Source: Bacteroides uniformis
Lineage (GTDB): Bacteria; Bacillota_I; Bacilli_A; RFN20; CAG-288
Assembly (NCBI GenBank): GCA_963600815.1
Contig: CAVCCX010000001.1
Coordinates: 39,001-103,000 of the forward strand
DNA length: 64,000 nucleotides
Direction of reading: 5' to 3'
Shown: positions 40,756 through 53,155 of the stretch, piece by piece
How the letters are laid out: each line of letters begins with the position of its first letter
Numbering within the stretch: the first letter of the stretch is position 1
Program-made: the position numbers and the translations under genes
Notes under the pieces: generated by a model
What the model saw: only the letters and a program-made list of their open reading frames with translations
The model's database searches: none
What the model was told of the DNA's origin: nothing

Positions 40756-42750
40756 TTACTTTTCCAAACTGGCCTTGAGTTCGAGGATTTCATCGCGGAG
40801 CTTGGCTGCGGATTCGAAATCAAGATTCTTCGCCGCCTTGTTCATCTCGGAAGTCAGATTTTTGATCAGAAGCTGTGTCTGCTTTATGGTCATCTTGCTG
40901 TTCTTGTTCTTCTCATGCTTAGCTCCATTTTCATCATCGATCATATGAAGAGGTGCCTGAATCGGCTTGAGAATCGTTTGAGGCGTGATGTTATGCTCCG
41001 CATTGTATTTTTCCTGGAGAGTTCTTCTTCTCTTAGTTTCCTTGATGGTCGTATTCATGGCGTCGCTGATTTCATCACAATACATGATGACTTTTCCAGA
41101 AGCATTTCTTGCCGCACGTCCGGCAATCTGGGTCAGGGAACGGGCCGAACGCAAAAAGCCCTGTCGATCCGCATCGAGTATGGCAATCAAGGAGACCTCA
41201 GGAATATCCAATCCCTCACGAAGAAGATTGATGCCGACAAGGACATCATAGATGCCTTTTCTCAGCTTATAGATGATTTCGCTTCTCTGCAGGGTGAGAA
41301 TCTCATGCTGGAGATAGGCCACCTTCAGATCTTTGCTCTTGAAGAAATCCGTCAGATTCTCGGCATCCTTCACCGTGAGGGTGACCACCATGACTCTCTC
41401 ATTCTTTTTGATTCTCTCCTGAATCTCGTTGAGAATATCATAGACCGGGTTGTTCGTATTGAACCGCACTTCGATGACAGGATCCAGAAGTCCGGTCGGA
41501 CGGATGATCTGCTCGACACATGCCTGATTCACCTTTTCGAGTTCATAGTCCCCTGGTGTCGCCGAAGTACAGATGACATTGTTGATTTTCTTTTCGAATT
41601 CCTCGAATTGCAGAGGCCTGTTATCCAGTGCGCTGGGAAGTCGAAAGCCATATTCCACCAGTGTCTTCTTTCTTGCCCGGTCTCCATTGAACATGCCACC
41701 GATCTGCGGAATGGTCACATGGGATTCATCGATAAAAAGAAGAAAGTCCTTCGGAAAATAGTCAAAAAGGGTATAGGGTGTCTCTCCCTCGTTTCTTCCA
41801 TCGAAATGGCGTGAATAGTTCTCGATGCCCGAGCAGATTCCAAATTCGCTTAATGAATCCAGGTCATGCTCGGTTCTCTGCTTGAGACGTTCGGATTCCA
41901 GAAGCATTCCCTTCTCATCGAAGAATTTCAGCCGTTCAATCAATTCAGCGCGGATCGTCTTGCAGGCTCTCTGGATTCTTTCATTTCCCGAGGCGTGTTC
42001 ATGAGCTGGGAAGAACGGGAAATAGTCGATCGTATGGAGAAGTTCCCCCGTCGTCGGACGAAGCTGATCAATCTCGCTGATTTCGTCAAAATCAGAATAG
42101 ACACGGATGAAGAAATCATCCCCATTCGGAGGATAGATATCCATCACATCGCCTTTGATGGAAAAGCATCCCGGCTTAAGATCCATGTCGTTTCTTTTAT
42201 ACTGGGCCTGGATGAGCTTGTTGGCAATATCATGTGGAGAAAAAGGTTCTCCGACATGAAGGGTGAAAGCCAGATCTCGGTATTCATCCGGATCGCTTAG
42301 GCCATAGATGGCGGCGACCGAACAGACGACAATCGTATCTTTTCTTTCCAAAAGGGAATTGACGGCACTTGCTCTCATCATTTCGATTTCGTCATTCATG
42401 ACGACTTCCTTATCGATGTAGGTATCCGTTTTTGGAATATAGGCTTCCGGCTGATAGAAATCGAAGTTCGAGATGAAATATTCGACTCGGTTGTGTGGAA
42501 ACAATTCCTTGAATTCACCATAAAGCTGAGCCGCCAATGTCTTATTGTGCACCAAGACCATGGTCGTTCTCTGTGCCTGGGCGATGATATTGGCCATGGT
42601 GAAGGTCTTTCCGGTTCCGGTTGCCCCTTTCAGGACCTGCCATCGCTTATTCTCCTTCAGTCCTCTGACCAGCTGTTCGATGGCCTGTGGCTGATCGCCT
42701 GTCGGCTTGTAGGGTGAAGCGATTTCGAATGGATGTTCTTTGTCCGTCAT
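40756..42750 (-). CDS. uvrB: Excinuclease ABC subunit B.
   Basis: GATGTGKTFTMANIIAQ, helicase motifs, C-terminal UVR domain (FESAAKLRDEILELK), 664 aa. Confidence 0.95.
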   Translation of the reverse strand: MTDKEHPFEIASPYKPTGDQPQAIEQLVRGLKENKRWQVLKGATGTGKTFTMANIIAQAQRTTMVLVHNKTLAAQLYGEFKELFPHNRVEYFISNFDFYQPEAYIPKTDTYIDKEVVMNDEIEMMRASAVNSLLERKDTIVVCSVAAIYGLSDPDEYRDLAFTLHVGEPFSPHDIANKLIQAQYKRNDMDLKPGCFSIKGDVMDIYPPNGDDFFIRVYSDFDEISEIDQLRPTTGELLHTIDYFPFFPAHEHASGNERIQRACKTIRAELIERLKFFDEKGMLLESERLKQRTEHDLDSLSEFGICSGIENYSRHFDGRNEGETPYTLFDYFPKDFLLFIDESHVTIPQIGGMFNGDRARKKTLVEYGFRLPSALDNRPLQFEEFEKKINNVICTSATPGDYELEKVNQACVEQIIRPTGLLDPVIEVRFNTNNPVYDILNEIQERIKKNERVMVVTLTVKDAENLTDFFKSKDLKVAYLQHEILTLQRSEIIYKLRKGIYDVLVGINLLREGLDIPEVSLIAILDADRQGFLRSARSLTQIAGRAARNASGKVIMYCDEISDAMNTTIKETKRRRTLQEKYNAEHNITPQTILKPIQAPLHMIDDENGAKHEKNKNSKMTIKQTQLLIKNLTSEMNKAAKNLDFESAAKLRDEILELKASLEK

Positions 42751-42760
42751 GTTTTCTTCC

Positions 42761-44212
42761 TCATTTGATGGTCTTTATGACATCATCTTCATATTCGAGA
42801 TATTTGTCGTAGGCTTCCTTGTTGAGAATGTCATTGAGCGATTTGAGCATTCCACCTTTTTCATTGAATCCGACAAGAAGGGATGCATCCTCATATTTCA
42901 CAGCCATATTTTTGGCATAGTCTTGAATAGCCGAGGTGAAATGATAGTCTTTGGAATATTCACTCGGATACGCATCCGGATAGATGGCATTGAGAACCTT
43001 CAGAAAATGATTCTGCCCATATTCGGAAATGCCGATGGAGGAATAGTCCATCGAGGAACCCAGGAAAGAATAGTCAAAGGCATATGGATTTGTCGGCGTA
43101 ATTCCCTTCTTATGGATGCAGATTGTATCCTCTCCATTCGGCCCATAGACATACGCATAGGTATAGCGGAGAACCGAACCATCCGAGAACGTCTTGAAGC
43201 TCTGGGCGATTCCTTTTCCATAGGACTTGAGTCCATAGGATTGGCAATTGGTCAACGAAAGCATGGCAAGAGCGAAAATTTCACTCGCACTGGCCGTATT
43301 TCCATCCATCACGATCTTATAGTTTTCAATCTGGAATTCCGGATCTTTTTTCTGCGTCATCTGCTCGATGATTTCATCATTCTTATTTTTCAGCTGGTAG
43401 ATGAGCGTATTTTTTTTGACAAAGAGCTTGGCCATCTCCGCAGCCTGGGAAACATAGCCTCCGCCATTGCCTCTCAAGTCCAGGACAAGGTTCTTAATCT
43501 TTGTGCTGCTGCTCTTCAAGATGCCTTCAAGTGCCAAGGCTGGCTTTCCTAGGAAGGTATTGATTTTGATTGTCATCGTATAGTCGTTTTCGACATTCGG
43601 AGTCGAGACAAGGGTCACATAATCCTCTTCATAGTCTCCCCTTGTCATATCGATAGAGATTTCCGTATAGGAAGAATCCTTGTTCTTTCTTTTTCCTGTG
43701 AAAAGAAAATGGGTTGTCGTGTCTTCGACCGAAGAAAGCTTCTTATTGATTTCATCCAGAGTATGCTCCTTGAAGGAAAAAGTCTCCTCATCTCCGATTC
43801 TCACCGAATAGAGGATATCTCCAGCACGGAGATTGGCCTTATAGGCTGTCGAATTGGTGTAGACTTCACGGACATAGATGCCCCCATCATAGTAGTGGCT
43901 TGTGAAGCCAAATCCTTTTCCATCCGTGGCAAGTCCCTGTCCTGCATAGGTCGATGTATAGAATGTATAGGGATCATTCAGACTGTTCGAAGCGGAAAGA
44001 ACGACACCCTGAGCTGCCAGTTGATCAAGATATTCCGCCTCATTTCCAAAAAGCCATTCCTCTTTCAGAAGCCGATATTCATCGACAATCTTCTGCTCAT
44101 CATCTGGAAGCTTTGTGCTAAAGCGCCCGATGGCAAAGCCGGCGCCAACGCCAACAGAGAGAAACAGAACAGAGGAAAGGATTGCAATCCATCGATTTTT
44201 TCTTTTTTCCAT
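42761..44212 (-). CDS. S41-family C-terminal processing peptidase.
   Basis: N-terminal TM anchor, a PDZ-like region, LVLDLRGNGGGYVSQA, and catalytic-Ser region GNTASASEIFA. 483 aa. Confidence 0.8.
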   Translation of the reverse strand: MEKRKNRWIAILSSVLFLSVGVGAGFAIGRFSTKLPDDEQKIVDEYRLLKEEWLFGNEAEYLDQLAAQGVVLSASNSLNDPYTFYTSTYAGQGLATDGKGFGFTSHYYDGGIYVREVYTNSTAYKANLRAGDILYSVRIGDEETFSFKEHTLDEINKKLSSVEDTTTHFLFTGKRKNKDSSYTEISIDMTRGDYEEDYVTLVSTPNVENDYTMTIKINTFLGKPALALEGILKSSSTKIKNLVLDLRGNGGGYVSQAAEMAKLFVKKNTLIYQLKNKNDEIIEQMTQKKDPEFQIENYKIVMDGNTASASEIFALAMLSLTNCQSYGLKSYGKGIAQSFKTFSDGSVLRYTYAYVYGPNGEDTICIHKKGITPTNPYAFDYSFLGSSMDYSSIGISEYGQNHFLKVLNAIYPDAYPSEYSKDYHFTSAIQDYAKNMAVKYEDASLLVGFNEKGGMLKSLNDILNKEAYDKYLEYEDDVIKTIK

Positions 44213-44456
44213 ACAACACCTCCAACGCAGTCAAACGAATTTATTATACCCATATTCCCTTTCTTTTCCTATAAAGAAATCTTTCTTGAAAAAGAAAAGA
44301 AATTCTCAAAATATGAAAGAATCTTTCCACTCTATGCCAATCTTATAAAACATTCAAAAAAGGAGAAAGAATATAGATGAAACCTCTTTCTTGAAAATAT
44401 TGTTAAGCAAGCCCCCTCACTATGATAAACTAGCAGTGTCGTTTCACAATCATCGA

Positions 44457-44527
44457 TTCTTATATAATAGCTTTAATAAGGTAAGCAAGTTTCTACCTCC
44501 GGACCGTAAATCTGGAGACTATGAGAT
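44457..44527 (+). ncRNA. Purine (guanine-type) riboswitch aptamer upstream of the pur operon.
   Basis: CUUAUAUAAUAGCUUUAAUAAGGUAAGCAAGUUUCUACCUCCGGACCGUAAAUCUGGAGACUAUGAG. P1 is CUUAUA/UAUGAG. P2 and P3 hairpins are present. The conserved J2-3 AAGUUUCUACC and the P3 loop CCGUAAAU are present. The discriminator is C (..GAGACUAUG), indicating guanine/hypoxanthine specificity. Confidence 0.8.
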
Positions 44528-44650
44528 CAAAAGAAAATATCTTTTTTCTTTTGGTTATCATCTTAAAAAGGTGGTACATCCATGACAGAACAACAATTTA
44601 AGCCGTCCATCAATTTGTCGAACCCCCTTTTTTCGAGCAGGCATTTTCCA

Positions 44651-44682
44651 GGCAGAGATTGAACTCTGCCTTTTTTCGTGTT
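44651..44682 (+). terminator. Riboswitch expression-platform terminator, 20 nt upstream of purE.
   Basis: GGCAGAGattgaaCTCTGCC followed by TTTTTTCG. Confidence 0.6.
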
Positions 44683-44703
44683 CACAAAAAATAGGAGGAA
44701 CGT

Positions 44704-45174
44704 ATGATTCAGGTAGGCATCATTATGGGAAGCAAAAGCGATTATGAGGTGATGAAGAAGGCCTGTGAGGTCTTCGACGAATTTCAGGTGGAATACGAAA
44801 AGAAGATCGTCTCCGCCCACAGAACTCCGGAATTACTCTATCAGTATGCCAAAACAGCCAAGGAAAGAGGCATCAAGGTCATCATCGCCGGAGCCGGAGG
44901 AGCCGCCCATCTTCCAGGCATGGTCAGTGCCATCACCACTCTTCCTGTCATCGGCGTCCCGGTCAAGTCGAGCAATCTGAGCGGATTGGATTCTCTTTTA
45001 TCCATCGTCCAGATGCCTGGCGGGGTTCCAGTCGGCACGATGGCAATCAACGGAAGCAAGAATGCTGCACTCTACGCTTTATCGATTCTTTCCTTGCAGG
45101 ATGATGTGATTGCCAAGAAGCTCGAGGATTTCCGAAAGAAGCAAACGGAGGAAGTCTTGCAAAGTGAACTATGA
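44704..45174 (+). CDS. purE: N5-carboxyaminoimidazole ribonucleotide mutase.
   Basis: [17 protein letters not shown]...[14 protein letters not shown]..., 156 aa. Confidence 0.95.
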   Translation: MIQVGIIMGSKSDYEVMKKACEVFDEFQVEYEKKIVSAHRTPELLYQYAKTAKERGIKVIIAGAGGAAHLPGMVSAITTLPVIGVPVKSSNLSGLDSLLSIVQMPGGVPVGTMAINGSKNAALYALSILSLQDDVIAKKLEDFRKKQTEEVLQSEL

Positions 45175-46258
45175 TATCGGCATCATCGGCGGCGGACAAT
45201 TAGGCATGATGATGGTCGAAGAACTAAGGAAGCTGAATTCTTCTTCCATTGTCCTCGATCCGAATAAGGACTGCTCGTGCAGTTTCGTCAGCGACAAAAT
45301 TATCGAAGGAAGATATGATGATATCGAAAAACTCGAAGAACTCGGAAGACAATCCCATGTCCTCTCCTATGAATTCGAGAACGTTCCCGGTGAGGCACTC
45401 AAAAAACTGCATGGCCAATTCTCCATCCCACAAGGAATCAATCCTCTCTTGGATTCACAAGATCGCCTGATCGAAAAAAACAATGCGACAAAGCATGGTT
45501 TGCGCTGTGTTCCCTATATGGACTGCAAAGATACCAATGACCTTCTGAAGGCCATCAACACGCTCAAGTTCCCTCTCATCTATAAGACAAGAAGGGAAGG
45601 CTATGACGGACATGGCCAGGTCATCCTGAAATCCGAAAATGATCTAGAGAAACTTCAGCCCTACTTAGGAAAAGTCGATGGCATCATCGAAAAGAAGATC
45701 GACTTCGACTATGAATCCTCTCTGATTCTCATCCGGGACAAAGAGAAAATCATCCACTTCCCGATGGGAAGAAATATCCATAAGGATGGCATACTCGATT
45801 TGACGATCACCCCTTATGAGCCTCTCAAAGAGACTGAACAGGAAATCATCAAAAAAAGCGAAGAATTCATGATTTCAGCCGGCTATTATGGAATACTGAC
45901 CATCGAATTCTTCATCAAGGGAAAAGATTTCTTCTTCAATGAAATGGCACCCCGTCCCCATAATTCCGGACACTACACCATCGAAGGATGCACCACCAAC
46001 CAATTCCTCGAGTTGGATAAATTCCTTTTAGGGATTCCCCTTGAGGAACCGAGGCTCAAATCACCCACCATCATGAAGAACATTCTCGGAAGAGACATGA
46101 AGAATCTTGAGAAATATCTTCAGATTCCATCCCGCCATCTCCACATGTATCACAAGAAGGAAGAAAGACCTTTAAGAAAACTTGGACACATCACCTATGA
46201 GAATCTGACTTATGACGAATATCTTGACTGGAAAAACAGACTGAACATTGAGGATTAA
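45164..46258 (+). CDS. purK: N5-carboxyaminoimidazole ribonucleotide synthase.
   Basis: ATP-grasp. [17 protein letters not shown] directly follows. The GTG start overlaps the purE stop; the ORF-track start at 45110 lies inside purE. Confidence 0.85.
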   Translation: MNYDIGIIGGGQLGMMMVEELRKLNSSSIVLDPNKDCSCSFVSDKIIEGRYDDIEKLEELGRQSHVLSYEFENVPGEALKKLHGQFSIPQGINPLLDSQDRLIEKNNATKHGLRCVPYMDCKDTNDLLKAINTLKFPLIYKTRREGYDGHGQVILKSENDLEKLQPYLGKVDGIIEKKIDFDYESSLILIRDKEKIIHFPMGRNIHKDGILDLTITPYEPLKETEQEIIKKSEEFMISAGYYGILTIEFFIKGKDFFFNEMAPRPHNSGHYTIEGCTTNQFLELDKFLLGIPLEEPRLKSPTIMKNILGRDMKNLEKYLQIPSRHLHMYHKKEERPLRKLGHITYENLTYDEYLDWKNRLNIED

Positions 46259-46262
46259 ACAA

Positions 46263-49200
46263 ATGAAAAAAAGAATCTTTGTCGAAAAGAAAGCCGCCTT
46301 CCAAGTCGAAGCCGATTCCTTATCAGAAGATCTGAAAAGAAATTTCGATCTGAAAGACAATTCGATCCGTCTGATCAACGTCTATGATGTTTTCAATATC
46401 CAGGAAGACCTGTTGGAGAAATCCCTCTACACTGTCTTCGGAGAAAAAGTCACCGACAATGTCTTCTTTGACTTGGACACGAAGGATAAATCCTATCTTG
46501 CCGTTGAATATCTTCCAGGGCAGTATGACCAGAGAGCCAGCCAGGCCGAAGCCTGTCTGCGCCTGATCGATACTGGATGCAAAGCGAGAGTGAAAAGCGG
46601 CCATGTCATCCTTTTTGAGAAACCGATTGAGGAAGAACTTCTCAAGAAGATCGAAGCCTATCATGTCAATCCGGTCGAATCGAGAATCAAGGACCTTTCC
46701 ATCCTCAAGGAATTCACAAAGGCCGAGGCAAAGCCAGTCAATCTCATCGATGATTTCCGCAATTTGGAAGACCTCGATGGCTTTATCGCAAAATATGGCC
46801 TCGCCATGAATAAGGATGATCTAGCCTGTGTCATCGACTACTTCCGAAACGAAGGAAGAGATCCCTATGAGACAGAAATCCGCATCCTGGATACCTATTG
46901 GTCCGATCATTGCCGCCATACAACCTTCACAACCCAGCTTGACAATATCACCATCAAGGATGGCTATCTCTCCAAGGAGATGAGTGCAGCCTATGATCTT
47001 TATCTCGATATGAGAAAAGACCTCCAGAGGGAAGAGAAGAAAATCTGCCTCATGGATATGGCCACCATCGCCGCCAAATATCTTCAGAAGCATGGCTATC
47101 TCGATGATTTGGAAGTCAGCGAAGAAAACAATGCCTGCTCCATCTATGTGAACGTCAAAGAAAACAAGAAAGAAGAGAAATGGCTGCTTCAGTTCAAGAA
47201 CGAAACCCATAACCATCCAACGGAAATCGAACCCTTTGGCGGTGCGTCCACCTGTCTTGGGGGTGCTATCCGCGATCCGCTTTCTGGAAGAAGCTATGTC
47301 TATCAGGCCATGCGTGTCACTGGCAGTGGCGATATCTATCAGCCCTACAAGGATACCTTGGAAGGGAAACTTCCCCAGAGAGTCATCTCCATCAAGGCAG
47401 CCCAGGGCTATTCGAGCTATGGAAACCAGATTGGACTTGCCACGACCCACGTCAAGGAAATCTATCATGATGGCTATGTTGCCAAAAGATTGGAAGTCGG
47501 TGCCGTTGTCGGTGCCGTCCGTGCCAAGGATGTGAGAAGAGAAGCCCCGGTTCCAGGGGATGTCATCTTGATGCTGGGCGGAAAGACCGGAAGAGATGGA
47601 ATCGGCGGTGCCACCGGAAGCAGCAAGAAGCACAACATCCATTCCATCGAAACCTGTTCGAGCGAAGTCCAGAAAGGAAATGCCCCAGAGGAAAGAAAAA
47701 TCGAGCACCTCTTCCGCAGAGAAGAAGTCACGAAGCTCATCAAGAAGTCCAATGACTTCGGTGCCGGAGGCGTCTCCGTCGCTATCGGCGAATTAGCTCC
47801 CGGCTTAGCTGTCTATCTTGACAAAGTCCCTGTGAAATACAGCGGACTCAATGCCACGGAATTGGCGATTTCCGAATCACAGGAAAGAATGGCCGTTGTC
47901 ATTTCTCCCGATGATGAAAGAAAATTCATCCGCTATTGCAAAGAGGAGAATATCGAAGTCACCCATGTGGCCGACGTCATCGAGGAACCGCGCCTTGTCA
48001 TGTACTTCAAGGGAATCAAATATGTCGATCTCAAGAGAAGCTTCATTGATTCTGCCGGGGCGAAGCATCACACAGACTGCACCGTCCTGCCCTTGGAAGA
48101 AAAAGATATCTTCCATCGCGAGTGCAAGGATCTAAAGAAAGATACCCTTGCCCTTCTTGCCGATAAGAACGTCGCTTCCCAGAAAGGCTTGGTCGAGATG
48201 TTCGATTCCACCATCGGACGCTCCACCGTCTTGATGCCCTATGGCGGAAAATACCAGCTCAGTGAGACACAGGTCTCCTGCCAGAAGCTTCCTGTCGGAG
48301 ATAAGAAGACCACAACCTGCTCCATGATGAGCTTTGGCTATGATCCGTTCATCAGTGAGATTTCTCCATTCTTAGGTGCTCAATACGCCGTGATCGACTC
48401 CATCAGCAAAGTGGTCGCCGCTGGCGGAAAATACGAAACGATGCGTTTCTCCTATCAGGAATATTTCGAAAAGATGACTTGTCCCGAGACATTCGGAAAG
48501 CCATTCTCCGCTCTTCTTGGTGCCATCAAGATCCAGAATGATTTCCATCTTCCAAGCATCGGCGGAAAAGATTCCATGTCCGGAAGCTTCGACAATATCC
48601 ATGTTCCACCCATGCTGATGGCCTTTGGCATCACACTAGCCGACACCAGCGAAGTCATCTCGACAGATTTCAAGAAAGCCGGTCATCATCTCTATCTCAT
48701 CAAGCACGATCCGCTTGCGTCCCAGATGCCGAATATCGACCAGCTGAAGAAGAACTTCGACTTCATCCATGAAAAGATCCTCGATAAGACAATCGTTTCT
48801 GCCTTCGCTTTGGGCTTTGGTGGATTGATGGAAGCCTTGGTGAAATGCTCTCTTGGATCCAGGATTGGATTCGAGGTGAACTATCCAAGCGAAAAAGCCT
48901 TGGATAAATCCATCGGAAGCATCCTTGTCGAGACAACAGAGAAACTCGATTTCGAGAATGCCATCTATCTTGGCGAGACAAAGAAAAATCAGTATCACAT
49001 CAACGATGTCCGCTTCCGCTATCAGGAACTCTATGATGCCAACTTCCTTGGCTATAGCAAGGTCTATCCGATTTCGACAGACAAGACGAATGTAGACTAT
49101 ACAAAGAGTGTCGAAAAGGAAGTTCCTTCCTATCCATACGAAAAGAAGGAACATCCGCTAGTCTATATTCCTGTCTTCCCGGGAACCAACTGCGACTATG

Positions 49201-49952
49201 ATTCCAAGAAAGCCTTCGTGAAGGCTGGAGCCAAAGTCAAGACGACCGTCTTCCGCAATCAGAACAGCGTCGACGTGAATAAATCCATCCAGGAAATGAA
49301 GAAATGGATCGATGAATGTGACATTCTGATGCTCGCCGGCGGTTTCTCAGCCGCGGATGAACCAGACGGTTCTGGAAAATTCATCGCCAACATCCTCAAC
49401 AACGAAACCATCCGCCATGCAATCGAAGAACTTCTGAAGAGAAAAGGTCTGATTCTTGGCATCTGCAACGGATTCCAGGCCCTCATCAAATGCGGTCTTC
49501 TCCCATACGGAAAATTCAATTGCCTGAACGAAGAATCGCCGACCCTCTTCAGAAATGACATCAACCGCCATATTTCCCATATTGCCTCCACAAAGGTCAT
49601 CAATACGAATTCCCCATGGCTGAGCGGATTTAGGAAAGACGAAGTCTATCAGGTTGCCATCTCCCATGGCGAGGGAAAATTCACCTGCGATGAGAAAATG
49701 GCCATGTCTCTCTTCGACAAAGGCATGGTTGCCTTCCAGTATTGTGACCCTTCTGGCAAAATCGCCACGGATTCCACCTATAATCCGAATGGATCGAGCT
49801 ATGCGATCGAGGGCATCACTTCCGAAGATGGACTCATCCTCGGAAAGATGGGACATAGCGAAAGATACGAAGAAGACAACTTCAAGAACATCTACGGAAA
49901 CAAAGACGAGAATATTTTCAGAAACGCTGTGAACTATTTCAGAAAAAAATAA
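46263..49952 (+). CDS. purL: Phosphoribosylformylglycinamidine synthase, large single-chain form.
   Basis: About 1230 aa, containing the FGAM synthetase domains and a C-terminal glutamine amidotransferase (GICNGFQAL). GAGGA RBS before the ATG at 46263. Confidence 0.93.
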   Translation: MKKRIFVEKKAAFQVEADSLSEDLKRNFDLKDNSIRLINVYDVFNIQEDLLEKSLYTVFGEKVTDNVFFDLDTKDKSYLAVEYLPGQYDQRASQAEACLRLIDTGCKARVKSGHVILFEKPIEEELLKKIEAYHVNPVESRIKDLSILKEFTKAEAKPVNLIDDFRNLEDLDGFIAKYGLAMNKDDLACVIDYFRNEGRDPYETEIRILDTYWSDHCRHTTFTTQLDNITIKDGYLSKEMSAAYDLYLDMRKDLQREEKKICLMDMATIAAKYLQKHGYLDDLEVSEENNACSIYVNVKENKKEEKWLLQFKNETHNHPTEIEPFGGASTCLGGAIRDPLSGRSYVYQAMRVTGSGDIYQPYKDTLEGKLPQRVISIKAAQGYSSYGNQIGLATTHVKEIYHDGYVAKRLEVGAVVGAVRAKDVRREAPVPGDVILMLGGKTGRDGIGGATGSSKKHNIHSIETCSSEVQKGNAPEERKIEHLFRREEVTKLIKKSNDFGAGGVSVAIGELAPGLAVYLDKVPVKYSGLNATELAISESQERMAVVISPDDERKFIRYCKEENIEVTHVADVIEEPRLVMYFKGIKYVDLKRSFIDSAGAKHHTDCTVLPLEEKDIFHRECKDLKKDTLALLADKNVASQKGLVEMFDSTIGRSTVLMPYGGKYQLSETQVSCQKLPVGDKKTTTCSMMSFGYDPFISEISPFLGAQYAVIDSISKVVAAGGKYETMRFSYQEYFEKMTCPETFGKPFSALLGAIKIQNDFHLPSIGGKDSMSGSFDNIHVPPMLMAFGITLADTSEVISTDFKKAGHHLYLIKHDPLASQMPNIDQLKKNFDFIHEKILDKTIVSAFALGFGGLMEALVKCSLGSRIGFEVNYPSEKALDKSIGSILVETTEKLDFENAIYLGETKKNQYHINDVRFRYQELYDANFLGYSKVYPISTDKTNVDYTKSVEKEVPSYPYEKKEHPLVYIPVFPGTNCDYDSKKAFVKAGAKVKTTVFRNQNSVDVNKSIQEMKKWIDECDILMLAGGFSAADEPDGSGKFIANILNNETIRHAIEELLKRKGLILGICNGFQALIKCGLLPYGKFNCLNEESPTLFRNDINRHISHIASTKVINTNSPWLSGFRKDEVYQVAISHGEGKFTCDEKMAMSLFDKGMVAFQYCDPSGKIATDSTYNPNGSSYAIEGITSEDGLILGKMGHSERYEEDNFKNIYGNKDENIFRNAVNYFRKK

Positions 49953-49965
49953 AAAAAGGAGATCA

Positions 49966-50685
49966 ATGATCATGAAACAGTTAGACATGTTGTATGAAGG
50001 AAAAGCCAAGCAGGTTTTCGCCACAGATGATAAGGATCTCATCGTCATTCACTACAAGGATGATGCCACCGCCTTCAATGGCATCAAGAAGGCCCAGATT
50101 TCCAAGAAGGGCATTCTGAACAACTCGATTACCACCATCCTCTTTGATGAACTTATCAAGGAAGGTGTTCCTACCCACTTCGTCAAGAAGCTCAATGACC
50201 GTGACCAGCTCTGCAAGAAGGTCAAGATTTTCCCACTGGAAGTCATCGTGAGAAACATCATCGCCGGTTCGATGGCCAAAAGACTCGACATTCCCGAAGG
50301 AACCAAGATCAACAACACCGTCTATGAACTCTGCTACAAAAATGACAAGCTCGGCGATCCGCTCATCAACGAACATCACGCCGTCGCCTTGGGCGTTGCC
50401 AGCTATGAGGAACTCAAGACGATCTATGACCTCACAATGAAAATCAACGAGATCCTCAAGAAGATTTTCGCTTCCATCAATATCACCTTGGTCGATTTCA
50501 AGATTGAATTCGGAAAGACCAGCGATGGAGAAATCGTCTTGGCGGATGAAATCTCTCCGGATACCTGCCGCTTCTGGGATGCGACCACCAATGATAAGTT
50601 GGACAAGGACCGCTTCCGCAGAGATTTAGGCAAAGTCATCGAAGCCTACGAAGAAATCCTCTCCCGCCTTCAGAATCGAAAATAA
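49966..50685 (+). CDS. purC: Phosphoribosylaminoimidazole-succinocarboxamide synthase.
   Basis: [14 protein letters not shown]...; an alternative start two codons downstream at 49972 is possible. Confidence 0.93.
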   Translation: MIMKQLDMLYEGKAKQVFATDDKDLIVIHYKDDATAFNGIKKAQISKKGILNNSITTILFDELIKEGVPTHFVKKLNDRDQLCKKVKIFPLEVIVRNIIAGSMAKRLDIPEGTKINNTVYELCYKNDKLGDPLINEHHAVALGVASYEELKTIYDLTMKINEILKKIFASINITLVDFKIEFGKTSDGEIVLADEISPDTCRFWDATTNDKLDKDRFRRDLGKVIEAYEEILSRLQNRK

Positions 50686-50689
50686 GGCT

Positions 50690-52102
50690 ATGGATAGCAT
50701 TTCAGTTGTCAAAGGATTGCATGAGGAATGCGGTGTCTTCGGCGTTTTCCAGGTGGAGAACGCCAGCCAGAACATCTATTTCGGATTGCATTCCCTGCAG
50801 CATCGAGGCCAGGAAGGATGCGGAATTGTCTCTGTGGATGAAAACGGCCATCTTTCGAGAATCAAAGGCGAAGGATTGGTCAGCGAAGTCTTCACCACGG
50901 AAAAGCTTCTTTCCTTAAAAGGCAATACCGGCATCGGGCATGTCCGCTATGCCACCACCGGCGGAGGCGGCATCGAGAATGTCCAGCCATTCCTCTTCCG
51001 TCATCACGGCGGCGATTTTGCCTTAGCCCACAACGGAAACCTTGTCAATTCGAAGGAACTAAGAAGTTATCTCGAAGACCAGGGTTCCATCTTCCAATCC
51101 ACATCAGATTCGGAAATTCTCGCTCATCTCATCAAGAAGGACAATCCGGAAACAAAAAGAATCGATGTCATCATCAACGCTCTAAATCTTCTAGAAGGGT
51201 CTTTTGCCTTCCTGATCGTCACAAAAGACCGTCTTTATGCCTGCAGAGACAAATACGGCCTTCGTCCTCTTTCCATCGGAAAGCTTCAGAATGGCTATGT
51301 CTTCTCAAGCGAAACCTGTGGACTGAACGCCGTCGGCGCAAAATTCTACCGCGACGTCAACCCGGGCGAAGTCGTCATGGTCGACAAGGATGGTCTTCAT
51401 TCCTATGACTATTCCATCTACAAAAGACACCATATGTGTGCCATGGAATATATCTATTTCTCCAGACCCGACAGCGATATCGAAGGGCTCAATGTCCATG
51501 CCTTCCGCAAAGAATCCGGACGTATGCTCTATCGTGAGGCTCCGGTGGATGCCGATATTGTCATCGGCGTTCCCGATTCTTCCCTCTCGGCTGCCATCGG
51601 CTATGCCGAGGAAAGCCATATTCCCTATGAGCTCGGCTTAGTGAAGAACAAATATGTCGGACGTTCCTTCATTCAGCCAAACCAGGAGATGCGAGATCTC
51701 GCGGTGAAGATGAAACTCTCTCCGGTTGTCAGCATCGTCAAGGACAAAAGAGTCGTCCTGATTGATGATTCCATCGTCAGAGGGACCACCAGCAAGAGAA
51801 TCATCCGACTTCTCAAGGAAGCCGGTGCCAAGGAAGTCCATATGCGCATCGCTTCTCCGCAGATCATCTCCCCTTGTTTCTATGGCGTGGACATCTCCAC
51901 CTATGACGAACTCATCAGCGCCCATCATTCCATCGAGGAAGTCAAGGAAAGAATCGGTGCCGATTCCCTTGCCTTCCTTTCCGAGAAAGCCCTCTTCGAG
52001 GTGGCCAAGAGAAATCAGCTCTGCACCGCCTGCTTCACCGGAAAATATCCGACCGAACTCTATTCTTCCATCTTTGACGCCAATAAAGATCATAAATTTT
52101 AG
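50690..52102 (+). CDS. purF: Amidophosphoribosyltransferase.
   Basis: N-terminal CGVFGVF (Ntn Cys), PRTase motif [13 protein letters not shown], 470 aa. Confidence 0.95.
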   Translation: MDSISVVKGLHEECGVFGVFQVENASQNIYFGLHSLQHRGQEGCGIVSVDENGHLSRIKGEGLVSEVFTTEKLLSLKGNTGIGHVRYATTGGGGIENVQPFLFRHHGGDFALAHNGNLVNSKELRSYLEDQGSIFQSTSDSEILAHLIKKDNPETKRIDVIINALNLLEGSFAFLIVTKDRLYACRDKYGLRPLSIGKLQNGYVFSSETCGLNAVGAKFYRDVNPGEVVMVDKDGLHSYDYSIYKRHHMCAMEYIYFSRPDSDIEGLNVHAFRKESGRMLYREAPVDADIVIGVPDSSLSAAIGYAEESHIPYELGLVKNKYVGRSFIQPNQEMRDLAVKMKLSPVVSIVKDKRVVLIDDSIVRGTTSKRIIRLLKEAGAKEVHMRIASPQIISPCFYGVDISTYDELISAHHSIEEVKERIGADSLAFLSEKALFEVAKRNQLCTACFTGKYPTELYSSIFDANKDHKF

Positions 52103-52113
52103 AGGTAACCATT

Positions 52114-53151
52114 ATGGCAATTGATTATGAAAAAGCCGGAGTCAGCCTTGAGGCTGGCTATGATGTCGTCAGAAGAATCAAGAAACATGTCAACTCGACG
52201 AAAAGACCTGGATGGATGTCCGGAATCGGATCGTTCGGTGGCATGTTCGATTTGGCTAGCTTAGGATACAAGGAGCCGATTTTGGTCAGCGGAACCGATG
52301 GCGTCGGAACCAAGCTGAAACTCGCTTTCGAGCTCGATAAGCATGATACGATCGGCATCGATGCTGTGGCCATGTGCGTCAATGACGTTCTTGCCCAGGG
52401 TGCAGAGCCTTTGTTCTTCCTTGACTATGTTGCGGTCGGAAAGAATGAGCCCGCGAAAGTGGAAGCCATTGTCCAAGGTGTGGCAACAGGCTGCAGGATC
52501 GCCAACTGTGCTCTCATCGGCGGTGAGACCGCCGAGATGCCTGGCATGTATGGAAATGGCGAATATGATATCGCCGGATTCACCACCGGTGTCGTCGAAA
52601 AAGCGAAACTGATTGATGGAACCAAGGTCAAGGAAGGCGATGTCCTTCTAGGCATCGAATCCAGCGGTGTCCACTCCAATGGTTTCTCTTTGGTCCGCAA
52701 GATTATCAAGGATGCTTCCCTCGATCTGAAGAAAATCTATCCGGAACTCGATGAAGAAAAGACATTGGGCGAAGTCCTCCTGACCCCGACGAATATCTAT
52801 GTCCAGGAAGTCCTCAAAGTCATCCATTCCCTTCCTGTCCATGGCGTTGCCCATATCACCGGTGGCGGATTCGATGAAAATATCCCTCGAATCCTTCAAG
52901 AGGGCCAGGGAATCTATATCAAGGAAGGTTCTTGGCCGATTCTCAAGATTTTCTCTTTCCTGGAGAAACAGGGAAAGATCGACCACCGCGAGATGTTCAA
53001 TATCTACAACATGGGTATCGGCATGGTTCTTGCCATCGATGAGAAGGATGTCCAAAAAGCACAGGCTATCCTTTCCAAGGCCAACAGAAAGAGCTATGTC
53101 ATCGGCAAAGTGACCAACAAGCCCGGTGTCGAAATCGAATTGCTCAAATAG
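52114..53151 (+). CDS. purM: Phosphoribosylformylglycinamidine cyclo-ligase (AIR synthetase).
   Basis: [11 protein letters not shown]...DGVGTKL..., 345 aa. Confidence 0.95.
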   Translation: MAIDYEKAGVSLEAGYDVVRRIKKHVNSTKRPGWMSGIGSFGGMFDLASLGYKEPILVSGTDGVGTKLKLAFELDKHDTIGIDAVAMCVNDVLAQGAEPLFFLDYVAVGKNEPAKVEAIVQGVATGCRIANCALIGGETAEMPGMYGNGEYDIAGFTTGVVEKAKLIDGTKVKEGDVLLGIESSGVHSNGFSLVRKIIKDASLDLKKIYPELDEEKTLGEVLLTPTNIYVQEVLKVIHSLPVHGVAHITGGGFDENIPRILQEGQGIYIKEGSWPILKIFSFLEKQGKIDHREMFNIYNMGIGMVLAIDEKDVQKAQAILSKANRKSYVIGKVTNKPGVEIELLK

Positions 53152-53155
53152 AAAT

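Noticed and set aside
44213-44456. Possible PurR box or repeated CTTTCTTGAAAA elements upstream of the riboswitch.
   Set aside because: Two copies of a short A/T-rich motif and a CGAA-containing stretch are visible. They do not match a PurBox consensus well enough to call. A promoter is likely here (TTGTTA...TATGAT with a 15-nt spacer) but is too weak to annotate confidently.
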